Assembly: GCA_964187785.1 (NCBI GenBank)
Contig: OZ076409.1
Location: forward strand, 24,182,001-24,246,000
Direction of reading: 5' to 3'
DNA length: 64,000 nucleotides
Origin: Amphiscolops sp. MND2022
Lineage: Eukaryota
Position numbers and translations under genes: made by a program. Under the pieces are notes generated by a model that saw nothing but the letters and a program-made list of their open reading frames with translations, was not told the DNA's origin and did not search any database. Numbering within the stretch: position 1 is the stretch's first letter; each line of letters starts with the position of its first letter. Of this stretch, positions 27,301-39,678 are shown in pieces.

Positions 27301-30300
27301 TGGCGCTGCGAGAAACTTCTGCTGCGTCAATACAAAAAGAAAACCCTTTTTTGTTACCCGGCCTGCCGCTGTTCTGGTCAGACAGTACAAGATCCCCGCT
27401 AATGGAATGGGAACGATGGTTTGACTTGTTCGCCGTAGCAGTCATGGCAAGATATTCAATCTCTATTGAGGAGTTGACAAAAACCACGGATGCGAACAGT
27501 CCCAGGATAAAAGCACTTATCGGGGATATGGCAGAAGAAGCGGCGGAGAAAAAAGTTGTAACTTGGCTATTCCTTTCGGTGGGGGAACCCGCCAGGAAAA
27601 TGTTCAAGGACAAACATCCGGATTTGTCAGTCTGGTTGTTGGGAGTCCGGGATATGATCGAGAGATGCAGAAATTGTTTTCACGTGGCACCCAATAGAAC
27701 ACTGGATAGACATAAGTTTCTGTCCAGGAAACAACAGAGTAATGAATTACTGCAGCAATTCTGGAATGCACTCAATGGACTGGCATCAAGATGTGAGTTG
27801 GGTGGAATAACCCAAACGTTGGTCCACGATGTGTTCATTTTAAATATGAACAACAAGAAAGTGCATAAGAAATTATGCGTAGAACCCTTTAATGACCTCC
27901 AAGATGCCCTGAAATATGTCATCTCCTACGAAGAAGGCGTCAAGAGACAGAAGACCATGGGGATAGGAGTGGCAGAAAGTTCAAAGGTGGCAATCAAGAC
28001 CGAACCGGTATGTGCGATGGAAAAGGTCAATAAGAGGGAATGCTTTCGTTGTGGAGTAAGGGACTTCGCGAGAGATCACAAAAAGAAATGCCCGGTCACC
28101 AATCACAAATGTGAATTCTGCGACATTACCGGCCACCTCGAAAATTGCGTTAACCAGAAACATCCCGAAAGAAGAAAGCAGATGAAGCAGAGACTTCAGA
28201 GCAGACGGAGAGGAATGGCACGAATAAACTACATATCCGAAGATTCAGATGAATGGGATGACGACAAAATAGTTTTGCTGATGAATGGTGCAGGAGCAAA
28301 ACCGTTCATGATAGAAGGCCTGATGTGTGGAAAGAAATTCCAGGCTATCAAAGAAACTGGCTCACCGGTGTCTATCTTTGCAATAAATGAACCGGAACGC
28401 ATCATTGGAAAACGTTGGGCAGTCGTCAGAGAGATGATCGATGATGAACGATATGTAGATTTCAACAGACGCCCTCTACCGCTGCTAGGATATATGTTCG
28501 TCAGCATTCAAGTGGGAAAAACGAGGATGTCGAAGGCGAGAGTGCTCGTCGCAAAGAAAGGAGCAAAATCGATTGTTGGTCGTGATTGGCTCACAGCTCT
28601 CAAATACAAAATTGAACAGCCTATGACAAGAAGTGAGAACATTGTAAATAGCATTTCCTGCGAAAGTGCAAATCCTGAGATTAAGCTAAGTCCGGAGGCA
28701 GAGCAATTAGTTGAAGAGTTTCCTAATCTGTTTAAGAGACGCAGTAGAGTGAATAAATACAAGATTAAAATTGACATGAAAGACGGCACGCGCGTCACTC
28801 AGCAGAAAGGTCGTAGAATACTACTACAATTGCAAGACCAAGTAGACAAAGAAATTAAACAATTATTAGAGCAAGGACATATCGAGAAAGTAGATACGAT
28901 AAAGGATGACGTTTTTATACAACCGGTGGTGACAACCGTAAAGAAAGACCGTTCTGTAAAAGTAGCATTAGACGCAAGAGCGCTAAATAACTCAATTGCA
29001 AAAGAAAAGTACCGAAGGCCGAATTTAGAAAATCTAATGGACATGATCGCAGAAAAAATCGATGGAAAACAAGGAGAAGTATGGTAATCTTCAGTCGACA
29101 TGAAATACGCATATGGTCAATTACCGTTAGATGAAAGTATGGCGAAACACTGTAATTTCCAAATCATCGACGGAAAATCAACTGGTACATACCGATTCGT
29201 AACCGGACACTACGGACTGTCAATAATGCCGACAGAATTTCAGAAATTAATGGACATAACTCTTGTAAATACGGATTGTACGATTGTGTAGATAGATGAC
29301 AATTTAATAGTTACAAAAGGTGAAAAAAGTGTACATATGCGAAAAGTCCGGGAAGTCTTAAAGGTGTTAGACAGCGCAAATTTGCAATTGAGAGTAGACA
29401 AATGTAAAATAGCTTGTACAAAGATAGAATGGTTGGGATACGAATTGTCAGGGGAAGGCATTTCCCCGGTAAATGGCAAAGTGCAAGGAATCACCGGATT
29501 ATTGCGACCGGGTAACTTGAGAGAACTGAGGCCATTCCTTGGAGCAGTCAACCAACTAAATGAATTTGTACCAGATCTAGTTAACATTTGCACACCATTT
29601 AGATCAATTTTGAAGAAAGAAGCTGAGTGGAAATTGACATAAGAACACGAGAAGGCATTTTTAAAAGTCACCCAAGGAGTGAAAAGAATAACGGAACTGG
29701 CACTTTTTAAAAAAGATGAAAAACTGCGAATTATTTGCGATGCAGGCGAACAAGGATTAGGGGCTGTACTTCATCAACAGCAAAGTAACCAAGAATGGAA
29801 ACCAGTGACATTTGCGTCTAGATTTTTAACAGACTTTGAATCCAAATACTCAATCAATGAATTGGAATTATTAGCGGTAGTTTGAGCGATTGAACATTTC
29901 AAAAATTACGTGTACGGCGTGAAATTTCAAGTAATTTCGGATCACAAAGCGTGGGCATCAGTGCTAAAACCGAATAGAAGCAACAAAACATTCTCTAGCT
30001 GCTTAACAAGATGGGTGGATAGGTTACTACCATTTGAATTTGAAGTCATCCATGCGCCAGGTAGGGTATTAGGCTTCGCAGAGAACCTATCAAGACATCC
30101 TAGCGAAATAAAAGAAAACGCGGTATTTTCAGAAAAATTATGAAACGACTGGTTCACAGCAAACGCAATCTCAAAAATTAATGCTATTTCAGAGAATGAA
30201 ACAACCCCACTGGAGATGCCAAAATCGATGAAACTGTCGCGCGCGCCTGACTCGGTATTGAAAGTGGAAAGCGAACAAGACGCACAGCACGCCGAGAAAG

Positions 30301-32040
30301 CAAACGAACGAGAAGGTAATCAGCCAATCAAATCGCGAGAAAGTTACGCGCGGCGGAACGAACGGATTTTCAGTGCGGTACAAAACTTAAGCAAAGTAAG
30401 CGAACAAGAAAATAGCAAAATCATATATAATCACAGGTCAAAAATTATTGACAGAATCAACGATTTCTTCCTACCCGCAAACTATGAAGCCGACAAAATG
30501 CTTCAAAAATTGATTAATTTGGTACAAACTAAGGAAGGAGCAAAAATCTCCAAATTGCCTGCGCCTTGGCGTGAAAAATTTAATTCAGTAGAAATTACCT
30601 TTACATGGACGAACGATTGGTTATTCCAACAAATTTACGTACCTCGATCATGAGCTAAATCCACTACGGACACCCTGGCCTTGACACTATGTTGAGGTAC
30701 ATTTCTGACATATGATGGCCAAAAATACACCGGGAAGTGGTCACGACAGCAAAATGTTGCGATCAGTGCAACAACGCAGGTAAAAACATTAAACCTTTGC
30801 TAAAACAGAAACAATTCAGAAAAATCCCAAAATCGGAAAACCGAACGATGAAATAGCTCTAGATTTTGCGATTCCGTTTCAAAACGCCAAACACGGAAAA
30901 AAATACCTACTAGTAGCCATAGATATTTTTTCAGCATGGCCCGATGCCCTAATTTTACATAAACCGACAACCAAGAAAGTAAATGATTTTTTAAAAAACT
31001 ATATATCTCAGTATGGTATCCCGCAACGAATCAGATCAGATCCGGGCACAACATTTACTGGCGAAGAGTTTAAAATATTCTGCCGAAACTTCCAAATAAA
31101 TCACGTAACCTGCCCAGTGCGCAATCACCGGGGAAATGGCAAAATCGAGCGATTAATACGAACCAAAAACGAACGCCTACGGACGAATAAGAACATAGTA
31201 TTGAAAAAAGACCAATCCGGGATGTCGGAAACAGTATACGCGTTAAGAATGGGGAAAAAAGCAGACAGAAAATCGCCATTCGTAAATTTGTACGGCCGGA
31301 AACCGAACACAGTCAAAAGCAACATAATAGACAAAATTAAAGGTGTTTCAGAAGTAGACCAAGGCCTAAAGTTCTCTACATCAGACTTCGAGGAGGAAGT
31401 AGACTCAGCGATAATGGCTAATGGTGAGAGAGAGGACGCGAGGGTCCAAATTGGAAAGTCAATTCAGAAAAAGAGCGGGAAAACCGTCAAAGAGACTGCC
31501 CACACCATTACGTTCCTACCCAAAGATGGGAAAAAGGAAATCGTATATTCAAAGAGAGATGTGGCGAAGGCAAAACCACAAAAGAAGAGAACAACTCCAA
31601 ACTTAAAAGACGAACAAGCTGGACCGTCCACAAGATGGAATGAAACGGAAGAGTCGTCGGAAGACGAGACATATGTAGCATCGGAAGAAACAAAGGATGA
31701 ATCAACGCCAACGGACACTACCATCACAGAAACTGTGGAGGACACGGCCAAGTGTGAAGAGGAAAGAGAGTCGAGGCCTGAGGCCAATGGGACGGAAAGC
31801 GAGGAAATAGCAATTTCCCAAGAAACGGCAACTCCCCAAGAATTGCTAACTCATCAAGAAACGGCGAACCCGGCAGTAAACAACATTCCTGGAAAAGGAA
31901 AGAAGAAGGCCGTGAAAGCATCGGTGTCGTGCCCCCCCACAAAGGGAAAGTCGCCGGAGACGGCCAAGAGAACGCTACGGAATCGATGTAGTAGTGAAAA
32001 TCGACGAATAAGACAAAAACAAGAAAGCAAAAGAACCTGA
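27300..32040 (+). pseudogene. gag-pol: gag-pol polyprotein of element 1 (stops and frameshifts)
   Basis: Gag with double knuckle CFRCG..H...CP...CEFCDITGH...C. Degenerate protease (KETGSPVS). RT (VALDARALN, V*IDD for YIDD). RNase H (CDAGEQGLGAVL, ELELLAVV). Integrase (HYGHPG, RSDPG, NGKIER). Charged C-terminal tail. Confidence 0.92.
27301..27312 (+). promoter_or_regulatory. Primer-binding site of element 1 (tRNA-Ser-like)
   Basis: TGGCGCTGCGAG directly after the LTR-terminal CA. It resembles the complement of a tRNA-Ser 3' end; the tRNA identity is inferred. Confidence 0.75.
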
Positions 32041-32194
32041 AGTCAGAAATATCTGAAACAGAAGAAACATGAAACATTACAACTACATTTATACTTTACC
32101 ACATTATTACATTATCCTACAGTCATGTAATCTGAAAAAAATAAGTTCTGGTACCATTTATAAACATGTTCCGAAAAACCCCAGGTGTTATGTC

Positions 32195-32205
32195 AAAACG
32201 GGGAG
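32195..32205 (+). promoter_or_regulatory. Polypurine tract of element 1
   Basis: AAAACGGGGAG immediately before the 3' LTR TG. Confidence 0.75.
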
Positions 32206-32394
32206 TGTGACAGAGTACTAAAAAGAACAGTTACGCTAAAGATAATAATTACTAACACCTGTCACAAAAATGCTAGAATGAAATGAAAAACACAACGTTT
32301 AGTTGCTGTTGCCTTCACTTCGAGATACAGTTCATAATACATTGTTATCTCCCCTTTTTCTTCCTTCTTACGTTTCCTTCCTTCTTACATTGCC
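32206..32394 (+). repeat. 3' LTR of element 1 (truncated)
   Basis: Homologous to 27108-27282 and stops at TTACATTGCC. Confidence 0.88.
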
Positions 32395-32459
32395 AAAATA
32401 TTTCCCTAAGCTTAAAAAAAAGGAAATAATAGTGAATTTTGAAACAGTTTGAAAAGCAA

Positions 32460-32975
32460 AACTCAAAATGGAATTTTTCATTAAATAATAAGATCAATTC
32501 AGCTTCGAGAGGCATTGGTTGATAATGTGTCTTGAGTACCCAATTTTGGGCTTGGCGTGGCTAAATAAACGTTCACAAATATTCGATGTTCCATCAACCC
32601 AAGATAGGGTTCCATACGTGCCATCTTATCTATCTGAATAACCTTGTTCTCTAAAACTCCGAGAGTTTTCATGTGACATCCCGTCAGGTTTAGTCCGAGA
32701 ATGCAGTTTACAACGACATTTTCAAAGTTTTCGCAGTTGACGATATCCGCACTTTTGGATAATTGATGACTCCTTACCGGCAATGTTCCTATCAGTCCAT
32801 CGAAGGGAGGTCTGATATCCGACAAGTCAATGTTGTAATCTCTTTGAGGACCTTTTGAGACAGAATTTATGTTCGCTAAATTTATCTTCAGTTCATTGAT
32901 TTTCAAATGGTTGTGGTCATCCAGTAAAAGGAGGACTCCAGGTCAGCTTGAGGTAGAAAAGGTTAAAGTTGTGTA
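32460..32975 (-). pseudogene. hAT transposase, C-terminal half
   Basis: ORF 32499-32906 (SVSKGPQR..LSDIRPPFDGLI..SADIVNCENFENVVV). An alternate frame reads GTSNICERLFSHAK, the hAT catalytic-Glu/dimerisation motif. Continuous with 48932-49760 once element 2 is removed. Confidence 0.85.
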
Positions 32976-34351
32976 TGTCAGAACGTGTGGACGTCACTGA
33001 ATTTAGTACGTCTCTGCCGTTCTCTTCCCTACTGTTGGTTATTTTATCAGTAAGGGCTCTCACAATACTTATAAGTTCTCCGATTTGACGGTTCATTTCT
33101 AGTCAACGTTGCTCAATCCTGTGTTTCTCATGATCCCTTTCCATGGATTTCACATCACTTTCAAAATCATTGTCGAAGTTAATTTCAGTGTAATGATCCG
33201 CTACACTCATCTCGTCATCTTCGTCAGAGTATCTATCTACTCCAGATTGTTCGATTCTGTTTTCCCTGTTAAATGTCGATCGGGTATTTACCATTGTTGA
33301 AAAGGTTGAAGTTTGAAAATGGTTTGATTTTAAAATTGTAGTTAATGAATTGAATTTCGCAAAGTTTTCTTTACAGTACGTCTGAATTTCAAGTAACAAA
33401 ATTCTTCTGACTGGATTTTCAAATTGTAATAGCACCTTCAAACTCTTAATTACTTGTTAATTGCACTTGATTGTTTTGCGTCTCTTTCACTCGACTATTT
33501 TGGTCAACCTGCTGTTATCACTTCATGGTACATTACACGACTGGTCACTCCAGTCGTCGCTAATTGCCAGTGTAGCTTTCTCGCTTCTTTGCCGCACCAG
33601 CATGTACCATTGATCGTACAACATCACAGCACGTACTAATGATTGATCTGTTGGGCATAATTACTGTACTTGAATACTGGTAGTAATAGCATTTTTAATG
33701 CACTAAGCACGATTGACGACTAGTATCCGAAGTTGTTGTTGGTAATTTTCACTGAAGATTAACTGAAATGACTGTTTATGAACTAAATGATGCTCTAGTA
33801 ATTTGATTATCGATGACTTGGTTATGAAGAACTGCATGTATATATCAGTTAAAATACGACGGGATATGGCAGTCGTTTACATAAATGGATAATGTACGTA
33901 CTATCACTGATTTGGATATGAAGAATTACATGTATATATTAGCTAAAATACGGCTAGATATGCCAGTCGTTTACATGAATGAATAATGTATTGCACTAAA
34001 ATGTTGTTAAGGTCAATTGCACGTTTTAGTCGTTACTGTGAACCAGGTGAAGAGAAACATATTCCGTATTTTACCAAGTATGACATCAAAAATGCATTGT
34101 GGATTTCTGTTTTAGCTGTTTTGGTTTGTTGTTGAGACGACTAGTATTATCAGTCGCTGGTTAGCACAATTTTGTAATTCGTAGCACAAGTGAAATTGGA
34201 GTGGCGACTGAATGGTACAGTCGTCCATTATATGAGTTTACATGTATTTTAAAATGTTTATAGTTGAAATGTTTGGGTAATTGGTGGTGACTTTGAAATG
34301 CTTGGGTAATTCATCTCTCAGTTGTTTTACTTCATACCAACCGGTATGACA
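32976..34351 (-). repeat. 3' LTR of element 2 (1376 bp)
   Basis: Direct repeat of 47573-48931. Preceded on the minus strand by the purine-rich AAAGCGGCGGGA (34352-34363, probable PPT). Confidence 0.95.
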
Positions 34352-35290
34352 TCCCGCCGCTTTGAAAAAAAATGAAAGTGGGCGGGGAATTGGAGGCAAT
34401 GCGGGTGTGGCCAGTTATTGTAGGTGCCGACTAAAGAGGCTGGCTGCCTTTTTCGCTGGGTAGATTACGGCCCACGGGTGTAGGCAGCTTTCACTCGTGT
34501 GGTGGATGTCTTCAATTGGATGACGACTGGTAGTACTAGTCGCCGTGAGTTGGAAACAGTTATCGGTTTACTGTCGGGTAGGCGGAAGCAGAGCTGAACT
34601 GTGACGTCATTTGCATCTTAGTGTCGGGGATTGGAAGTAATAAGTGCTGAGTGGAAATCGGTATGCCGCGTCATCCGGTCGTGCGCTGATAAGGGAGAGT
34701 AGTCGTGTTAAGTAAATAGTCAGAGAATAACGGCCGCGGCAGTCGGCTCGTGCTCGGTAGTATGAACACGTTTGATGCAGTGAATCGTCCATTCCGTTTT
34801 CCGTTTCCGCTACTCGTGCTTGAGTAAACAATTCATAACTGCGGCAGTTGGTAGATTCGTGCGTAATTGTCATTAGCATCAGTGTTGTTCAACCTTTGTT
34901 ATTATCGTGTTCGCTATTGTTATTCCTCGTTAATTCCGTGATAATTGTTCATTGATTGTTTCGTTATTTTCTGGTATCTTCTCATCACTCTGTATCTCTG
35001 AGGTTTGGGATCGAATATGCTCTGATCTGAAAGGTTTTGATCGATAGGTAGGGATATAAGTAGGATAAAAAACGACTTCTGTGTTCAGAGATAATTATAC
35101 TCTGTTAATAATTCTCAGTGGATTGATTTTTTCTTTCAGTACCACCCCTGGTAGTAACTTTTGATTACTGAAAGGGGTGAAGCTAGTAATTCAAGAAAAA
35201 TGTAGTTGATCAGGCCACATATTCGGTTTCACCAGCGCTGAACTGTTGAGTCGTCATTTTTCCAATTCCTTTGTCTATCCCTACCGTCGT

Positions 35291-38200
35291 ATGTCCGAGC
35301 TGGGCGGTGCGTCTTCTGATGCTGATTTGTGGTCATTAGTGTCGATTGCTGAACAGAGCTATCAGGAACTAGAAGATATGGCTTCTTCTATTGAAGAGTT
35401 GTCAGAAGAAGCGTTGGCCGCAGAAGCTGAACATTTGGGTTCGCCATGCTGTCATTTATCTGGGCGGGTTACGTCGTCATTCCTTGGACATATGAATGAA
35501 TTGCTAGAGCTTGCTCTATCTGATGAATTCCGTAAGTACACTTCGTTATTCCGTTTCCTCCGTCACATGTCAGTGACTGCATCATTTTTTTTGCGAGTAC
35601 TGTGTCTTGTCTCGCTGTTCATTGCTCGAGTCTTTTTCTATATCTTTTTTGGTTTTTGCAGTAGGAGTTTTCAATCTTCAGTTCGGTGAATTAGCCAATT
35701 TTAGCTCATTTGAGCGCTAATGTATCCTGGACTGTGTCATGATGAGAGAGTGATTTCCTTTTTTGCTTGGTTCATAGGTGAGGTAGATGTTCCGACGTTA
35801 CTTGAGTATGTCCGTGCTTTCCCGCAGAGAGACCGTCAGACGGGTGTGTCACCTCCGGACGCTCTAGATGATCAAGTGCACCAGTTGATGGAGTCTCAAT
35901 TGGGTTAGTACTGCATCAGAACCTTTGGTTTACCGCCTCTGTGGTCTCAAGTACCATGAACGATCTTGGTGTGTCTTCGTTTGTCGTTGTCAAGTGTAGC
36001 GTCGGTTGGTGAGAGAACTAATCAATTTGGCAGTAATCTAGGATATTGGGTTTTTTCTAGGTGCAGAAGACTGTGCTGTTTTGTCCTTAGAAGATCTTCT
36101 TGGGCGAGTAGAGGCCCGACTGGAGAAGTGTGTGAACGAGTTGACAAAGGCAATTCTAGAGTTTGCTTTGGGGGAACTTGGGACTGTTGGAGCACTTCGT
36201 GTCGACGAGTTCTGGCACACCTTCAAGGCTGCTTTACAAGAGGTCCTTGAGAAGCAGCGGGTGGATGTGACGCCTCGTGGGTTTACTCCTTCAATCGAGT
36301 TGCCGTCTGTGGAAGTGGGCAGCCGTGATACGAACCCGGGGTGCAGTGGCTCTGGAACTGGTTCATATGTGCCTACTGTGTTCGGTGGTCCTGGATTAGT
36401 GACGGTGGTTGAGCCTGTTGTCGGGACGTCCGCAACTCCAAGACCTGGTAAAGACTCTCAAGATCACATGCAATGTTATACTAACCTTGGGGGTTAAAGG
36501 AAAGCATTAAAACTTTTTTTAATCTTGTATCGTTTCGGAAGGTAGTATAGGCAGTGCTTTTGGGGTATAACGTTTTTCAAGCGTAAGAGAAGATGGAAAA
36601 AATGAAAAAATCTTTTTTTTGTTTTGAGGTTTAGTGTGTGGTTTTAGTGAGGAAGAAGAGGCTCAACACTCTGAAGCCATCGTACTTTGTGTCAAATGTT
36701 GTTGGCTTATTCGTTGGATTTCGGCGGCACAAGCGTGTACTAGATGGTTTCGCGCGTTGCCTCATGTGTCGCGTGGACCTGAGCATTGCGGTTCGTGGCC
36801 TGCAGAATCTATGGGGGCATTGGAAGGGTGCGGAACATACCCTCCTAGAACAAAAGTTCCGCATAATGACTCAGCGCGTCCATTGTTGGATAAGTCCTGT
36901 CGGCCCGTTTCTGCTGAGGAAGACAAGAGGATACGGCTTGAGCGCATGGTCGAACCACCTGTTTACCAAGAGTCGCCGATCAGCCTATCTCTAGAGGAGC
37001 GTGTGGCTTTGGAGCGTGAGGCGGAAGAAGAGAACTCTCGTCCAATTTTGTCTGAGGAGAGTGCCTCATATCTGTGGTTGAGCTCCTTCTTAAACTGTTT
37101 TGCGTCAGTTGCTGGATTTGAATCGCTGATGCGCCAAATGGACGGGTGGGCTAGCAGCTTGAGGGGAGAGTTGAACTTTGTGGCCCGAAGCCTTACCGTT
37201 GCAAAGTGTCATCCACCATAGCATTTTGTGTATGTTTTACATGTGAGGGTGTTTACTGGGGGTATTATATATCGTTTATGTGTTACATGTACTAGGACTT
37301 AGATGTTACATGGTGTGGTGTGTTTTTGGATTTTGGAAGATCTATATTGTTTTGTTTTGTTTAGAGTTTGTTATTGTACATGTGTACCCGTACGTCATGG
37401 AGAAAATTAGTGGCCTCGTGCAGTCTGGAAATCGAGTGGGGCTACGAGTGTACTTCGACGGTAATTTCTGGCGGGTCGACTGTCGTTTTGTGGACGACGT
37501 TGAGTTGAAGACAGTGACACTGGTAATCTGTTCTGTTTGTGACCGTTGGAAGGAGGAAGTGATTTGTCTAGTTATCACGCTGTTGTCTTGTTTGGATCCG
37601 TTGCCCAGTCTATGTAGTGTTGTGGTGGACACTCACGTTGCTGTCGGTCGTTCATTGGCCCATTTTGGACCTGCTGGCAAGTCAGTGGTGATGCTCTTCT
37701 ATGACGTTCAGTGGTTACAACGAAGCATCCGACAGCAGTTACGTCAACGTATTGGTGGCCTGGATCCTTACAATGTTCTCGATTTCCTCAAGTATCGCCT
37801 GTCAAGTGTGGTCAATGGTTCGGCTTTCGACAGAATGCCTTTGTTACGACAGGTACTCTCTTGTGACTTAAGGTGTTGTGTGTGTATAATGTCTAACGTG
37901 TATGGACTTCGCTTAGTTTGTGTTAAGACGCAACCTATGATTATAATATTAGGACTAGGGTGTTCGGTCGTTCCCAACTTTATGCTTCATGGATTAAAAT
38001 GTGGATACTACTTTCTGTTTGCAGTACGTGCGCAGTGACGACTTGACTCTATCTCAATTGGCTGCTGTGTGTGGAGAGCTTGTCGAACGATGGAATGATC
38101 TCGCTGTTTACTTCGGTAACGAGGGTATTGGTTCCATGGTGGAGCTGAGATCAGTCCCTAGTTGGAATGTCGTTATTTTCAATGATCGTTTAGCTCGACC

Positions 38201-39678
38201 ACAGATGGCCATGCTAAGATGGTTATTGGACGAAGGCCAGTATGAACGTTTGGTTGAGATTTTTTTTGTGGTTGTCCGGGCGAAAGAGAAAGAGAAAAAA
38301 AATAATTGATTGAGAAAGTTGATTGTAGTATTTCTCTCATTTTTTGTTCGGTTAAGGGTGGGAAACTGATTTCGTTTAGGCTATAATTATGATTGTTGGA
38401 TTGTTTGTTTTAGTCGTGGCGTCCTTTTCTCGAGAATGTACTAACAGTCGTGACCGTGACTTATGCTTCGAAGTCGATTTTGTTGCTTTCTTACGACGAC
38501 TAAGATGCAAGGTCCAAGATGCTGACAAAATCCCAGCGGCGTTTGATCACGAGCGCCTACTCAGTACAAAGCCTATCGATCTCGGTGTTGTTCCTCAGGA
38601 GCGTTACAAAGCTTTGTTTGTACAATACTTCCGATTTGATGTCCTCGACCAGCAGCGCGTCTTCTATCGCGAGATTCAGCTACTTATGACTAAATTGTGT
38701 GAAGATCTTGTGGCTGACTATCATTCCGACTATGAAGGAAGACTCAACCTGTCTGCGTTTGCTCCCGAAGCCATGTTTAGGCGATCGAAAGATCGGGTTG
38801 TGGATTCCCTGCCCCTGATGGACTGTTGCCTGTTGTTGACTCGTCTGGATTTCCTAACTGATAAACAGGGTGCTAGAGTTGTCCAGCAGTACGACGAAGT
38901 GTACAATTATTTTATGCATCGCTGGCGCAGTCAGTCGTTTACCGGACCTGTTGTGGACGATGTCATTAACTTGTGGCGTTCTTACCTTTTCTGGTCGCGC
39001 TGTGCTGATTTGTTAGAAGGTTTCAAGATCGTCATTTGTTGTTCTGCTCGAAGTCAGTATGTGGCCGATTTTTTGGATGTCGGAGTGACCGCTTTAAGCC
39101 AAGGACAATTACTTACTGTCGAGCATGAATCTTTTGCGAAGTTGGACAGTGCAGGAGTAGTCGGTGGCGCAAGAGAGTTGATGACTGGGTTTCTTCGTCA
39201 CTGCGAGACTACAGATATGCAGGTGTCACGACTTATGGATCCGGAGAGGGGACGGCGCTGGGATCAATTGTTGAAAGTGGGCATTGAGGACGTGTTGTCT
39301 CGTTGTTATCGTGTATTCAACGAGGGAACTGTGGAGTCAACAGGAATCTCGGTCGACGACTACAGGTCAGCGGTGTGCGCTCAGTTGAAGAGTAGTGCTG
39401 GCGATGCATACGCACAGATATGAGGCCGGTCCCGAAATGTTATGTCACGTGGTTCAGCTATTACCTTCTCTGTTGATGATGATGAGCCCTTAATTCGACA
39501 TGTTACGCGTCAAAAAGGTCCTCGGGCCAGAGGGATGTCAGTTTACCTTCCAGTTCTCGTGGTGGGAAAGGAAAAAAAACCTGTGGGCGTTAAGCCTAGT
39601 TCGACAAAGACGGCAAAGAAGGTTGTGAAGCGAAAATTGACCAACGTGTTGAGGAGTGAATCCTCGGAGGAGTATTAG
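35291..39678 (+). pseudogene. Spliced antisense accessory gene inside element 2; BED-like Zn finger and degenerate hAT-transposase-like body
   Basis: Chain of + strand ORFs separated by T-rich gaps with GT..AG ends. Approximate exons: 35291-35531, 35662-36008, 36061-36447, 36648-~37210, 37365-37852, 38025-~38253, 38414-39678. Introns 36009-36060, 36448-36647 and 37853-38024 join ORFs in the correct phase. Motif ARCLMCRVDLSIAVRGLQNLWGHWKGAEH. A few stops and frameshifts. Confidence 0.75.

Larger units (their letters stand above)
27108..32394 (+). mobile_element. Ty3/Gypsy LTR retrotransposon 1 (Mag-like), decayed
   Basis: Direct repeats at 27108-27300 and 32206-32394, PBS, PPT, and gag-PR-RT-RH-IN domain order in what was a single ORF. 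The 3' LTR lacks its last ~18 nt, so no TSD is visible. Confidence 0.93.

Noticed and set aside
27236..32077. Many minus-strand ORFs over element 1 (and + strand ORFs over 42044-47529)
   Set aside because: Antisense shadows of gag-pol with no independent features.
35246..39678. env gene interpretation of the extra ORFs in element 2
   Set aside because: Wrong strand. No signal peptide, furin site or C-terminal transmembrane anchor; the hydrophobic ORF stretches correspond to T-rich introns.
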